The notes: generated by a model not told the origin, from the letters alone. Numbered from the stretch's first letter, positions 14,301 to 30,000 are shown. The stretch is 64,000 nt of DNA from Eledone cirrhosa (GCA_964016885.1 OZ024740.1:389732001-389796000); one strand, 5' to 3'. A program made the numbers and translations.

Positions 14301-15914
14301 TATTTATTCGTGTTATGTCGGAGTTAGTACCTCTATACATTCATGTTCTTTCGGAGTTAGAACCTCTATTTATTCATGTTCTGTCGAAGTTAGAACCTCT
14401 GTTTATTCATGTTCTGTCGCAGTTAGAACCTCTATTTATTCATGTTCTGTCGGAGTTAGAACCTCTATTTATTCATGTTCTGTCGGAGTTAGAACCTCTG
14501 TTTATTCATTTCTTTCGGAGTTAGAACCTCTGTTTATTCATGTTCTATCGGAGTTAGAACCTCTGTTTATTCATGTTCTTTCGGAGTTAGAACCTCTATT
14601 TATTCATGTTCTGTCGCAGTTAGAACCTCTTGTCGGAGTTAGAACCTCTATTTATTCATGTTCTGTCGGAGTTAGAACCTCTTGTCGGAGTCAGAACCTC
14701 TATTTATTCATGTTCTTTCGGAGTTAGAACATCTATTTATTCATGTTCTGTCGGAGTCAGAACCTCTATTTATTTAGGTTCTGTCGCAGTCAGAACCTCT
14801 TGTCGGAGTCAGAACCTCTATTTATTCATGTTCTATCGGAGTTAGAACCTCTATATATTCATGTTCTGTCGCAGTTAGAACCTCTTGTCGGAGTTAGAAC
14901 CTCTATTTATTCATGTTCTATCGGAGTTAGAACCTCTGTTTATTCATGTTCTGTCGGAGTTAGAACCTCTATATATTCATGTTCTGTCGCAGTTAGAACC
15001 TCTTGTCGGAGTTAGAACCTCTATTTATTCATGTTCTGTCGGAGTTAGAACTTCTATTTATTCGTGTTCTGTCGGAGTTAGAACCTCTATACATTCATGT
15101 TCTTTCGGAGTTAGAACCTCTATTTATTCATGTTCTGTCGGAGTTAGAACCTCTGTTTATTCATGTTCTGTTGCAGTTAGAACCTCTATTTATTCATGTT
15201 CTGTCGGAGTTAGAACCTCTATTTATTCATGTTCTGTCGGATTTAGAACCTCTGTTTATTCATTTCTTTCGGAGTTAGAACCTCTGTTTATTCATGTTCT
15301 ATCGGAGTTAGAACCTCTGTTTATTCATGTTCTTTCGGAGTTAGAACCTCTATTTATTCATGTTCTGTCGCAGTTAGAACCTCTTGTCGGAGTCAGAACC
15401 ACTATTTATTCATGTTCAGTCGGAGTTAGAACCTCTATTTATTCATGTTCTGTCGCAATTAGAACCTCTATTTATTCATGTTCTGTCGTAGTTAGAACCT
15501 CTATTTATTCATGTTCTGTCGCAGTTAGAATCTCTTGTCGGAGTCAGAATCTCTATTTATTCATGTTCTGTCGGAGTGAGAACCTCTATTTATTCATGTT
15601 CTGTCGGAGATAGAACCTCTATTTATTCATGTTCTTTCGGACTTAGAACCTCTGTTTATTCATGTTCTGTCGGAGTTAGAACCTCTTGTCTGAGTCAGAA
15701 CCTCTATTTATTCTTGTTCTTTCGGAGTTAGAACCTCTATTTATTCATGTTCTGTCGCAGTTAGAACCTCTATTTATTAAATATCTGTCGCAGTTAGAAC
15801 CTCTTGTCGGAGTCAGAACCTCTATTTATTCATGTTCTGTCGGAGTTAGAACATCTATTTATTCATGTTCTGTCGGAGTCAGAACCTCTATTTATTCATG
15901 TTCTGTCGGAGTTA

Positions 15915-16370
15915 GAACCTCTATTTATTCATGTTCTATCGGAGTTAGAACCTCTGTTTATTCATGTTCTTTCGGAGTTAGAACCTCTATTTATTCATGT
16001 TCTGTCGGAGTTAGAACCTCTATTTATTCACGTACTGTCGAAGTTAGAAGCTCTATTTATTCATGTTCTGTCGCAGTTAGAATCTCTATTTATTCATGAC
16101 TGTCGGAGTTAGAACCTCCATTTATTCATGTTCTGTCGGAGTTAGAACCTCTGTTTATTCATGTTCTTTCGGAGTTAGAACCTCTATTTATTCATGTTCT
16201 GTCGGAGTTAGAACCTCTATTTATTCACGTACTGTCGAAGTTAGAAGCTCTATTTATTCATGTTCTGTCGCAGTTAGAATCTCTATTTATTCATGACTGT
16301 CGGAGTTAGAACCTCCATTTATTCATGTTCTGTCGGAGTTAGAACCTCTGTTTATTCATGTTCTGTCGCA
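15915..16370 (+). repeat. Short tandem duplication of 6 monomers, period 197 bp
   Basis: The run cacgtactgtcgaag...catgactgtcgg...cctccattt occurs twice (ATG at 16096 and 16293). 197 = 6x33 - 1, because the catgactg monomer is 32 bp. Confidence 0.88.
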
Positions 16371-19300
16371 GTGAGAACCTCTATTTATTCATGTTCTGTC
16401 GGAGTTAGAACCTCTATTTATTCATGTTCTGTCGGAGTTAGAACATCTATTTATTCATGTTCTGTCGGAGTCAGAACCTCTATTTATTTAGGTACTGTCG
16501 GAGTTAGAACCTCTATTTATTCATGTTCTGTCGGAGTTTGAACCTCTTGTCGGAGTCAGAACCTCTATTTATTCATGTTCTTTCGGAGTTAGAACATCTA
16601 TTTATTCATGTTCTGTCGTAGTCAGAACCTCTATTTATTTAGGTTCTGTCGCAGTTAGAACCTCTATTTATTCAATATCTGTCGCAGTTAGAACCTCTTG
16701 TCGGAGTCAGAACCTCTATTTATTCATGTTCTATCGGAGTTAGAACCTCTGTTTATTCATGTTCTGTCGGAGTTAGAACTTCTATTTATTCGTGTTCTGT
16801 CGGAGTTAGTACCTCTATACATTCATGTTCTTTCGGAGTTAGAACCTCTATTTATTCATGTTCTGTCGGAGTTAGAACCTCTGTTTATTCATGTTCTGTC
16901 GCAGTTAGAACCTCTAATTATTCAATATCTGTCGGAGTTAGAACCTCTATTTATTCATGTTCTGTCGAAGTCAGAACCTCTGTTTATTCATGTTCTGTCG
17001 GAGTCAGAACCTGTATTTATTCATGTTCTGTCGCAGTTAGAATCTCTTGTCTGAGTTAGAACCTCTATTTATTCATGTTCTGTCGGAGTTAGAACTTCTA
17101 TTTATTCGTGTTCTGTCGGAGTTAGTACCTCTATACATTCATGTTCTTTCGGAGTTAGAACCTCTATTTATTCATGTTCTGTCGGAGTTAGAACCTCTGT
17201 TTATTCATGTTCTGTCGCAGTTAGAACCTCTATTTATTCATGTTCTGTCGGAGTTAGAACCTCTATTTATTCATGTTCTGTCGGAGTTAGAACCTCTGTT
17301 TATTCATTTCTTTCGGAGTTAGAACCTCTGTTTATTCATGTTCTATCGGAGTTAGAACCTTTGTTTATTCATGTTCTTTCGGAGTTAGAACCTCTATTTA
17401 TTCATGTTCTGTCGCAGTTAGAACCTCTTGTCGGAGTTAGAACCTATATTTATTCATGTTCTGTCGGAGTTAGAACCTCTGTTTATTCATGTTCTGTCGC
17501 AGTTAGAACCTCTAATTATTCAATATCTGTCGAAATTAGAACCTCTATTTATTTATGTTCTGTCGAAGTTAGAACCTCTGTTTATTCATGTTCTGTCGGA
17601 GTCAGAACCTGTATTTATTCATGTTCTGTCGCAGTTAGAATCTCTTGTCGGAGTTAGAACCTTTATTTATTCATGTTCTATCGGAGTTAGAACCTCTGTT
17701 TATTCATGTTCTTTCGGAGTTAGAACCTCTATTTATTCATGTTCTGTCGGAGTTAGAACCGCTGTTTATTCATGTTCTGTCGCAGTTAGAACCTCTATCT
17801 ATTCATGTTCTGTCGGAGTTAGAACCTCTATTTATTCATGTTCTATCGGAGTTAGAACCTCTGTTTATTCATGTTCTTTCGGAGTTAGAACCTCTATTTA
17901 TTCATGTTCTGTCGCAGTTAGAACCTCTATTTATTCACGTTCTGTCGAAGTTAGAAGCTCTATTTATTCATGTTCTGTCGCTGTTAGAATCGCTATTTAT
18001 TCATGTTCTGTCGGAGTTAGAACCTCTATTTATTCATGTTCTGTCGGAGTTAGAACCTCTGTTTATTCATGTCCTGTCGGAGTGAGAACCTCTATTTATT
18101 CACGTTCTGTCGGAGTTAGAACCTCTATTTATTCATGTTCTGTCGCAGTTAGAACCTCTATTTATTCACGTTCTGTCGAAGTTAGAAGCTCTATTTTTTC
18201 ATGTTCTGTCGGAGTTAGAACCTCTATTTATTCATGTTCTGTCGGAGTTAGAACCTCTGTTTATTCATGTTCTGTCTGAGTTAGAACCTCTGTTTATTCA
18301 TGTTCTTTCGGAGTTAGAACCTCTGTTTATTCATGTTCTGTCGCAGTTAGAACTACTATTTATTCATGTTCTTTCGGAGTTAGAACCTCTATTTATTCAT
18401 GTTCTGTCGGAGTCAGAACCTTTATTTATTCATGTTCTGTCGGAGTCAGAACCTCTATTTATTCATGTTCTTTCGGAGTTAGAACATCTATTTATTCATG
18501 TTTTGTCGGAGTCAGAACCTCTATTTATTCAATATCTGTCGCAGTTAGAACCTCTTGTCGGAGTCAGAACCTCTATTTATTCATGTTCTATCGGAGTTAG
18601 AACCTCTGTTTATTCATGTTCTGTCGGAGTTAGAACCTCTATTTATTCATGTTCTGTCGCAGTTAGAACCTCTTGTCGGAGTTAGAACCTCTATTTATTC
18701 ATGTTCTGTCGGAGTTAGAACCTCTGTTTATTCACGTTCTGTCGGAGTGAGAACCTCTATTTATTCATGTTCTCTCGGAGTTAGAACCTTATTTTTTCAT
18801 GTTCTGTCTGAGTTAGAACCTCTGTTTATTCATGTTCTGTCTGCGTTAGAACCTCTGTTTATTCATGTTCTTTCGGAGTTAAAACCTCTGTTTATTCATG
18901 TTCTGTCGCAGTTAGAACCACTATTTATTCATGTTCTGTCGGAGTTAGAACCTCGATTTATTCATGTTCTGTCGGAGTTAGAACATCTATTTATTCATGT
19001 TCTGTCGGGGTCAGAACCTCTATTTATTCATGTTCTGTCGGAGTCAGAACCTCTATTTATTCATGTTCTGTCGGAGTTTGAACCGCTGTTTATTCACGTT
19101 CTGTCGCAGTTAGAACCTCTATCTATTCATGTTCTGTCGGAGTTAGAACCTCTATTTATTCATGTTCTATCGGAGTTAGAACCTCTGTTTATTCATGTTC
19201 TTTCGGAGTTAGAACCTCTATTTATTCATGTTCTCTCTCAGTTAGAACCTCTATTTATTCACGTTCTGTCGAAGTTAGAAGCTCTATTTATTCATGTTCT

Positions 19301-21060
19301 GTCGCAGTTAGAATCTCTATTTATTCATGTTCTGTCGGAGTTAGAACCTCTATTTATTCATGTTCTGTCGGAGTTAGAACCTCTGTTTATTCGTGTCCTG
19401 TCGGAGTGAGAACCTCTATTTATTCATGTTCTGTCGGAGTTAGAACCTCGTTTTTTCATGTTCTGTCGGAGTTACAACCTCTGTTTATTCTTGTTCTGTC
19501 TGAGTTAGAACCTCTGTTTATTCACGTTCTTTCGGAGTTAGAACCTCTGTTTATTCATGTTCTGTCGCAGTTAGAACCACTATTTATTCATGTTCTTTCG
19601 GAGTTAGAACCTCTATTTATTCATGTTCTGTCGGAATTAGAACATCTATTTATTCATGTTCTGTCGGAGTCAGAACCTCTATTTATTTAGGTTCTGTCGG
19701 AGTTAGAACCTTTATTTATTCAATATCTGTCGCAGTTAGAACCTCTTCTCGGAGTCAGAACCTCTATTTATTCATGTTCTATCGGAGTTAGAACCTCTGT
19801 TTATTCATGTTCTGTCGGAGTTAGAACCTCTATTTATTCATGTTCTGTCGGAGTTAGAACTTCTATTTATTCGTGTTCTGTCGGAGTCAGTACCTCTATA
19901 TATTCATGTTCTTTCGCAGTTAGAACCTCTATTTATTCATGTTCTGTCGGAGTTAGAACCTCTGTTTATTCATGTTCTGTCGCAGTTAGAACCTCTATTT
20001 ATTCATGTTCTGTCGGAGTTAGAACCTCTATTTATTCATGTTCTGTCGGAGTTAGAACCTCTGTTTATTCATTTCTTTCAGAGTTAGAACCTCTGTTTAT
20101 TTATGTTCTATCGGAGTTAGAACCTCTGTTTATTCATGTTCTTTCGGAGTTAGAACCTCTATTTATTCATGTTCTATCGCAGTTAGAACCTCTAATTATT
20201 CAATATCTGTCGGAGTTAGAACCTCTATTTATTCATGTTCTGTCGAACTTAGAACCTCTGTTTATTCATGTTCTGTCGGAGTCAGAACCTGTATTTATTC
20301 ATGTTCTGTCGCAGTTAGAATCTCTTGTCGGAGTTAGAACCTCTATTTATTCATGTTCTATCGCAGTTAGAACCTCTAATTATTCAATATCTGTCGGAGT
20401 TAGAACCTCTATTTATTCATGTTCTGTCGAACTTAGAACCTCTATTTATTCATGTTCTGTCGGAGTCAGAACCTCCGTTTATTCATGTTCTTTCGGAGTT
20501 AGAACCTCTATTTATTCATGTTCTATCGGAGTTAGAACCACTATTTATTCATGTTCTGTCGCAGTTAGAACCTCTATTTATTTCTGTTCTGTCGCAGTTA
20601 GAATCTCTATTTATTCATGTTCTGTCGGAGTTAGAACCTCTATTTATTCATGTTCTGTCGGATTTAGAACCTCTGTTTATTCATTTCTTTCGGAGTTAGA
20701 ACCTCTGTTTATTCATGTTCTGTCGGAGTTAGAACCTCTGTTTATTCATGTTCTTTCGGAGTTAGAACCTCTATTTATTCATGTTCTGTCGCAGTTAGAA
20801 CCTCTTGTCGGAGTCAGAACCACTATTTATTCATGTTCTGTCGGAGTTAGAACCCATATTTATTCATGTTCTGTCGGAGTCAGAACCTCTATTTATTCAT
20901 GTTCTGTCGGAGTCAGAACCTCTATTTATTCATGTTCTGTCGCAATTAGAACCTCTATTTATTCATGTTCTGTCGTAGTTAGAACCTCTATTTATTCATG
21001 TTCTGTCGCAGTTAGAATCTCTTGTCGGAGTCAGAATCTCTATTTATTCATGTTCTGTCG

Positions 21061-24000
21061 GAGTGAGAACCTCTATTTATTCATGTTCTGTCGGAGATAG
21101 AACCTCTATTTATTCATGTTCTTTCGGAGTTAGAACCTCTGTTTATTCATGTTCTGTCGGAGTTAGAACCTCTTGTCGGAGTCAGAACCTCTATTTATTC
21201 ATGTTCTTTCGGAGTTAGAACCTCTATTTATTCATGTTCTGTCGCAGTTAGAACCTCTATTTATTAAATATCTGTCGCAGTTAGAACCTCTTGTCGGAGT
21301 CAGAACCTCTATTTATTCATGTTCTGTCGGAGTTAGAACATCTATTTATTCATGTTCTGTCGGAGTCAGAACCTCTATTTATTCATGTTCTGTCGGAGTT
21401 ACAACCGCTGTTTATTCATGTTCTGTCGCAGTTAGAACCTCTATTTATTCACGTACTGTCGAAGTTAGAAGCTCTATTTATTCATGTTCTGTCGCAGTTA
21501 GAATCTCTATTTATTCATGACTGTCGGAGTTAGAACCTCCATTTATTCATGTTCTGTCGGAGTTAGAACCTCTGTTTATTCATGTTCTGTCGCAGTGAGA
21601 ACCTCTATTTATTCATGTTCTGTTGGAGTTAGAACCTTATTTTTTCATGTTCTGTCGGAGTTAGAACCTCTGTTTATTCATGTTCTGTCTGAGTTAGAAC
21701 ATCTATTTATTCATGTTCTGTTGTAGTCAGAACCTCTATTTATTTAGGTTCTGTCGCAGTCAGAACCTCTATTTATTCAATATCTGTCGCAGTTAGAACC
21801 TCTTGTCGGAGTCAGAACCTCTATTTATTCATGTTCTATCGGAGTTAGAACCTCTGTTTATTCATGTTCTGTCGGAGTTAGAACCTCTATTTATTCATGT
21901 TCTGTCGCAGTTAGAACCTCTTGTCGGAATTAGAACCTCTATTTATTCATGTTCTGTCGGAGTTAGAACTTCTATTTATTCGTGTTCTGTTGGAGTTAGT
22001 ACCTCTATACATTCATGTTCTTTCGGAGTTAGAACCTCTGTTTATTCATGTTCTGTCGCAGTTAGAACCTCTATTTATTCATGTTCTGTCGGAGTTAGAA
22101 CCTGTATTTATTCATGTTCTGTCGGAGTTAGAACCTCTGTTTATTCATTTCTTTCGGAGTTAGAACCTCTGTTTATTCATGTTCTATCGGAGTTAGAACC
22201 TTTGTTTATTCATGTTCTTTCGGAGTTAGAACCTCTATTTATTCATGTTCTGTCGCAGTTAGAACCTCTTGTCGGAGTTAGAACCTATATTTATTCATGT
22301 TCTGTCGTAGTTAGAACCTCTGTTTATTCATGTTCTGTCGCAGTTAGAATCTCTAATTATTCAATATCTGTCGAAATTAGAACCTCTATTTATTCATGTT
22401 CTGTCGAAGTTAGAACCTCTGTTTATTCATGTTCTGTCGGAGTCAGAACCTGTATTTATTCATGTTCTGTCGCAGTTAGAATCTCTTGTCGGAGTTAGAA
22501 CCTCTATTTATTCATGTTCTATCGGAGTTAGAACCTCTGTTTATTCATGTTCTTTCGGAGTTAGAACCTCTATTTATTAATATTCTGTCGGAGTTAGAAC
22601 CTCTATTTATTCATGTTCTGTCGCAGTTAGAACCTCTATTTATTCATGTTCTGTCGGAGTTACAACCGCTGTTTATTCATGTTCTGTCGCAGTTAGAACC
22701 TCTATTTATTCATGTTTTGTCGGAGTTAGAACCTCTATTTATTCATGTTCTATCGGAGTTAGAACCTCTGTTTATTCATGTTCTTTCGGAGTTAGAACCT
22801 CTATTTATTCATGTTCTGTCGGAGTTAGAACCTCTATTTATTCACGTACTGTCGAAGTTAGAAGCTCTATTTATTCATGTTCTGTCGCAGTTAGAATCTC
22901 TATTTATTCATGACTGTCGGAGTTAGAACCTCCATTTATTCATGTTCTGTCGGAGTTAGAACCTCTGTTTATTCATGTTCTGTCGCAGTGAGAACCTCTA
23001 TTTATTTAGGTTCTGTCTGAGTTAGAACCTTTATTTATTCATGTTTTGTCGGAGTCAGAACCTCTATTTATTTAGGTTCTGTCGCAGTCAGAACCTCTAT
23101 TTATTCAATATCTGTCGCAGTTAGAACCTATTGTCGGAGTCAGAACCTCTATTTATTCATGTTCTATCGGAGTTAGAACCTCTGTTTATTCATGTTCTGT
23201 CGGAGTTAGAACCTCGTTTTTTCATGTTCTGTCGGAGTTACAACCTCTGTTTATTCATGTTCTGTCTGAGTTAGAACCTCTGTTTATTCATGTTCTTTCG
23301 GAGTTAGAACCTCTGTTTATTCATGTTCTGTCGCAGTTAGAACCACTATTTATTCATGTTCTTTCGGAGTTAGAACCTCTATTTATTCATGTTCTGTCGG
23401 AGTTAGAACATCTATATATTCATGTTCTGTCGGAGTCAGAACCTCTATTTATTTAGGTTCTGTCGGAGTTAGAACCTTTATTTATTCATGTTCTGTCGGA
23501 GTCAGAACCTCTATTTATTCATGTTCTTTCGGAGTTAGAACATCTATTTATTCATGTTTTGTCGGAGTCAGAACCTCTATTTATTTAGGTTCTGTCGCAG
23601 TCAGAACCTCTATTTATTCAATATCTGTCGCAGTTAGAACCTCTTGTCGGAGTCAGAACCTCTATTTATTCATGTTCTATCGGAGTTAGAACCTCTGTTT
23701 ATCCATGTTCTGTCGGAGTTAGAACCTCTATTTATTCATGTTCTGTCGCAGTTAGAACCTCTTGTCGGAGTTAGAACCTCTATTTATTCATGTTCTGTCG
23801 GAGTTAGAACCTCTGTTTATTCATGTTCTGTCGGAGTGAGAACCTCTATTTATTCATGTTCTGTCGGAGTTAGAACCTTATTTTTTCATGTTCTGTCTGA
23901 GTTAGAACCTCTGTTTATTCATGTTCTGTCTGCGTTAGAACCTCTGTTTATTCATGTTCTTTCGGAGTTAGAACCTCTGTTTATTCATGTTCTGTCGCAG

Positions 24001-27000
24001 TTAGAACCACTATTTATTCATGTTCTGTCGGAGTTAGAACCTCGATTTATTCATGTTCTGTCGGAGTTAGAACATCTATTTATTAATGTTCTGTCGGGGT
24101 CAGAACCTCTATTTATTCATGTTCTGTCGGAGTCAGAACCTCTATTTATTCATGTTCTGTCGGAGTTAGAACCGCTGTTTATTCATGTTCTGTCGCAGTT
24201 AGAACCTCTATCTATTCATGTTCTGTCGGAGTTAGAACCTCTATTTATTCATGTTCTATCGGAGTTAGAACCTCTGTTTATTCATGTTCTTTCGGAGTTA
24301 GAACATCTATTTATTCATGTTCTGTCGGAGTCAGAACCTCTATTTATTTAGGTTCTGTCGGAGTTAGAACCTTTATTTATTCATGTTCTGTCGGAGTTAG
24401 AACCTCTTGTCGGAGTCAGAACCTCTATTTATTCATGTTCTTTCGGAGTTAGAACATCTATTTATTCATGTTTTGTCGGAGTCAGAAACTCTATTTATTT
24501 AGGGTCTGTCGCAGTCAGAACCTCTATTTATTCAATATCTGTCGCAGTTAGAACCTCTTGTCGGAGTCAGAACCTCTATTTATTCATGTTCTGTCGGAGT
24601 TAGAACCTCTGTTTATTCATTTCTTTCGGAGTTAGAACCTCTGTTTATTCATGTTCTATCGGAGTTAGAACCTTTGTTTATTCATGTTCTTTCGGAGTTA
24701 GAACCTCTATTTATTCATGTTCTGTCGCAGTTAGAACCTCTTGTCGGAGTTAGAACCTATATTTATTCATGTTCTGTCGTAGTTAGAACCTCTGTTTATT
24801 CATGTTCTGTCGCAGTTAGAATCTCTAATTATTCAATATCTGTCGAAATTAGAACCTCTATTTATTCATGTTCTGTCGAAGTTAGAACCTCTGTTTATTC
24901 ATGTTCTGTCGGAGTCAGAACCTGTATTTATTCATGTTCTGTCGCAGTTAGAATCTCTTGTCGGAGTTAGAACCTCTATTTATTCATGTTCTATCGGAGT
25001 TAGAACCTCTGTTTATTCATGTTCTTTCGGAGTTAGAACCTCTATTTATTAATATTCTGTCGGAGTTAGAACCTCTATTTATTCATGTTCTGTCGCAGTT
25101 AGAACCTCTATTTATTCATGTTCTGTCGGAGTTACAACCGCTGTTTATTCATGTTCTGTCGCAGTTAGAACCTCTATTTATTCATGTTTTGTCGGAGTTA
25201 GAACCTCTATTTATTCATGTTCTATCGGAGTTAGAACCTCTGTTTATTCATGTTCTTTCGGAGTTAGAACCTCTATTTATTCATGTTCTGTCGGAGTTAG
25301 AACCTCTATTTATTCACGTACTGTCGAAGTTAGAAGCTCTATTTATTCATGTTCTGTCGCAGTTAGAATCTCTATTTATTCATGACTGTCGGAGTTAGAA
25401 CCTCCATTTATTCATGTTCTGTCGGAGTTAGAACCTCTGTTTATTCATGTTCTGTCGCAGTGAGAACCTCTATTTATTTAGGTTCTGTCTGAGTTAGAAC
25501 CTTTATTTATTCATGTTTTGTCGGAGTCAGAACCTCTATTTATTTAGGTTCTGTCGCAGTCAGAACCTCTATTTATTCAATATCTGTCGCAGTTAGAACC
25601 TATTGTCGGAGTCAGAACCTCTATTTATTCATGTTCTATCGGAGTTAGAACCTCTGTTTATTCATGTTCTGTCGGAGTTAGAACCTCGTTTTTTCATGTT
25701 CTGTCGGAGTTACAACCTCTGTTTATTCATGTTCTGTCTGAGTTAGAACCTCTGTTTATTCATGTTCTTTCGGAGTTAGAACCTCTGTTTATTCATGTTC
25801 TGTCGCAGTTAGAACCACTATTTATTCATGTTCTTTCGGAGTTAGAACCTCTATTTATTCATGTTCTGTCGGAGTTAGAACATCTATATATTCATGTTCT
25901 GTCGGAGTCAGAACCTCTATTTATTTAGGTTCTGTCGGAGTTAGAACCTTTATTTATTCATGTTCTGTCGGAGTCAGAACCTCTATTTATTCATGTTCTT
26001 TCGGAGTTAGAACATCTATTTATTCATGTTTTGTCGGAGTCAGAACCTCTATTTATTTAGGTTCTGTCGCAGTCAGAACCTCTATTTATTCAATATCTGT
26101 CGCAGTTAGAACCTCTTGTCGGAGTCAGAACCTCTATTTATTCATGTTCTATCGGAGTTAGAACCTCTGTTTATCCATGTTCTGTCGGAGTTAGAACCTC
26201 TATTTATTCATGTTCTGTCGCAGTTAGAACCTCTTGTCGGAGTTAGAACCTCTATTTATTCATGTTCTGTCGGAGTTAGAACCTCTGTTTATTCATGTTC
26301 TGTCGGAGTGAGAACCTCTATTTATTCATGTTCTGTCGGAGTTAGAACCTTATTTTTTCATGTTCTGTCTGAGTTAGAACCTCTGTTTATTCATGTTCTG
26401 TCTGCGTTAGAACCTCTGTTTATTCATGTTCTTTCGGAGTTAGAACCTCTGTTTATTCATGTTCTGTCGCAGTTAGAACCACTATTTATTCATGTTCTGT
26501 CGGAGTTAGAACCTCGATTTATTCATGTTCTGTCGGAGTTAGAACATCTATTTATTAATGTTCTGTCGGGGTCAGAACCTCTATTTATTCATGTTCTGTC
26601 GGAGTCAGAACCTCTATTTATTCATGTTCTGTCGGAGTTAGAACCGCTGTTTATTCATGTTCTGTCGCAGTTAGAACCTCTATCTATTCATGTTCTGTCG
26701 GAGTTAGAACCTCTATTTATTCATGTTCTATCGGAGTTAGAACCTCTGTTTATTCATGTTCTTTCGGAGTTAGAACATCTATTTATTCATGTTCTGTCGG
26801 AGTCAGAACCTCTATTTATTTAGGTTCTGTCGGAGTTAGAACCTTTATTTATTCATGTTCTGTCGGAGTTAGAACCTCTTGTCGGAGTCAGAACCTCTAT
26901 TTATTCATGTTCTTTCGGAGTTAGAACATCTATTTATTCATGTTTTGTCGGAGTCAGAAACTCTATTTATTTAGGGTCTGTCGCAGTCAGAACCTCTATT

Positions 27001-30000
27001 TATTCAATATCTGTCGCAGTTAGAACCTCTTGTCGGAGTCAGAACCTCTATTTATTCATGTTCTATCGGAGTTAGAACCTCTGTTTATTCATGTTCTGTC
27101 GGAGTTAGAACCTCTATTTATTCATGTTCTGTCGGAGTTAGAACTTCTATTTATTCGTGTTCTGTCGGAGTTAGTACCTCTATATATTCATGTTCTTTCG
27201 CAGTTAGAACCTCTATTTATTCATGTTCTGTCGGAGTTAGAACCTCTGTTTATTCATGTTCTGTCGCAGTTAGAACCTCTATTTATTCATGTTCTGTCGG
27301 AGTTAGAACCTCTATTTATTCATGTTCTGTCGGAGTTAGAACCTCTGTTTATTCATTTCTTTCGGAGTTAGAACCTCTGTTTATTTATGTTCTATCGGAG
27401 TTAGAACCTCTGTTTATTCATGTTCTTTCGGAGTTAGAACCTCTATTTATTCATGTTCTATCGCAGTTAGAACCTCTAATTATTCAATATCTGTCGGAGT
27501 TAGAACCTCTATTTATTCATGTTCTGTCGGAGTTAGAACCTCTGTTTATTCATGTTCTGTCGGAGTCAGAACCTGTATTTATTCATGTTCTGTCGCAGTT
27601 AGAATCTCTTGTCGGAGTTAGAACCTCTATTTATTCATGTTCTATCGGAGTTAGAACCTCTGTTTATTCATGTTCTTTCGGAGTTAGAACCTCTATTTAT
27701 TCATGTTCTGTCGCAGTTAGAACCTCTATTTATTCCTGTTCTGTCGCAGTTAGAATCTCTATTTATTCATGTTCTGTCGGAGTTAGAACCTCTATTTATT
27801 CATGTTCTGTCGGAGTTAGAACCTCTGTTTATTCATGTTCTGTCGGAGTGAGAACCTCTATTTATTCATGTTCTGTCGGAGTTAGAACCTTATTTTTTCA
27901 TGTTCTGTCGGAGTTAGAACCTCTGTTTATTCATGTTCTGTCTGAGTTAGAACCTCTGTTTATTCATGTTCTTTCGGAGTTAAACCTCTGTTTATTCATG
28001 TTCTGTCGCAGTTAGAACCACTATTTATTCATGTTCTGTCGGAGTTAGAACCTCGATTTATTCATGTTCTGTCGGAGTTAGAACATCTATTTATTCATGT
28101 TCTGTCGCAGTTAGAACCTCTATCTATTCATGTTCTGTCGGAGTTAGAACCTCTATTTATTCATGTTCTATCGGAGTTAGAACCTCTGTTTATTCATGTT
28201 CTGTCGCTGTTAGAACCTCTATTTATTCACGTTCTGTCGAAGTTAGAGGCTCTATTTATTCATGTTCTGTCGCAGTTAGAATCTCTATTTATTCATGTTC
28301 TGTCGGAGTTAGAACCTCTATTTATTCATGTTCTGTCGGAGTTAGAACCTCTGTTTATTCATGTCCTGTCGGAGTGAGAACCTCTATTTATTCATGTTCT
28401 GTCGGAGATAGAACCTCTATTTATTCATGTTCTTTCGGAGTTAGAACCTCTGTTTATTCATGTTCTGTCGGAGTTAGAACCTCTTGTCGGAGTCAGAACC
28501 TCTATTTATTCATGTTCTTTCGGAGTTAGAACCTCTATTTATTCATGTTCTGTCGCAGTTAGAACCTCTATTTATTAAATATCTGTCGCAGTTAGAACCT
28601 CTTGTCGGAGTCAGAACCTCTATTTATTCATGTTCTGTCGGAGTTAGAACATCTATTTATTCATGTTCTGTCGGAGTCAGAACCTCTATTTATTCATGTT
28701 CTGTCGGAGTTACAACCGCTGTTTATTCATGTTCTGTCGCAGTTAGAACCTCTATTTATTCACGTACTGTCGAAGTTAGAAGCTCTATTTATTCATGTTC
28801 TGTCGCAGTTAGAATCTCTATTTATTCATGACTGTCGGAGTTAGAACCTCCATTTATTCATGTTCTGTCGGAGTTAGAACCTCTGTTTATTCATGTTCTG
28901 TCGCAGTGAGAACCTCTATTTATTCATGTTCTGTTGGAGTTAGAACCTTATTTTTTCATGTTCTGTCGGAGTTAGAACCTCTGTTTATTCATGTTCTGTC
29001 TGAGTTAGAACATCTATTTATTCATGTTCTGTTGTAGTCAGAACCTCTATTTATTTAGGTTCTGTCGCAGTCAGAACCTCTATTTATTCAATATCTGTCG
29101 CAGTTAGAACCTCTTGTCGGAGTCAGAACCTCTATTTATTCATGTTCTATCGGAGTTAGAACCTCTGTTTATTCATGTTCTGTCGGAGTTAGAACCTCTA
29201 TTTATTCATGTTCTGTCGCAGTTAGAACCTCTTGTCGGAATTAGAACCTCTATTTATTCATGTTCTGTCGGAGTTAGAACTTCTATTTATTCGTGTTCTG
29301 TCGGAGTTAGTACCTCTATACATTCATGTTCTTTCGGAGTTAGAACCTCTGTTTATTCATGTTCTGTCGCAGTTAGAACCTCTATTTATTCATGTTCTGT
29401 CGGAGTTAGAACCTGTATTTATTCATGTTCTGTCGGAGTTAGAACCTCTGTTTATTCATTTCTTTCGGAGTTAGAACCTCTGTTTATTCATGTTCTATCG
29501 GAGTTAGAACCTTTGTTTATTCATGTTCTTTCGGAGTTAGAACCTCTATTTATTCATGTTCTGTCGCAGTTAGAACCTCTTGTCGGAGTTAGAACCTATA
29601 TTTATTCATGTTCTGTCGTAGTTAGAACCTCTGTTTATTCATGTTCTGTCGCAGTTAGAATCTCTAATTATTCAATATCTGTCGAAATTAGAACCTCTAT
29701 TTATTCATGTTCTGTCGAAGTTAGAACCTCTGTTTATTCATGTTCTGTCGGAGTCAGAACCTGTATTTATTCATGTTCTGTCGCAGTTAGAATCTCTTGT
29801 CGGAGTTAGAACCTCTATTTATTCATGTTCTATCGGAGTTAGAACCTCTGTTTATTCATGTTCTTTCGGAGTTAGAACCTCTATTTATTAATATTCTGTC
29901 GGAGTTAGAACCTCTATTTATTCATGTTCTGTCGCAGTTAGAACCTCTATTTATTCATGTTCTGTCGGAGTTACAACCGCTGTTTATTCATGTTCTGTCG

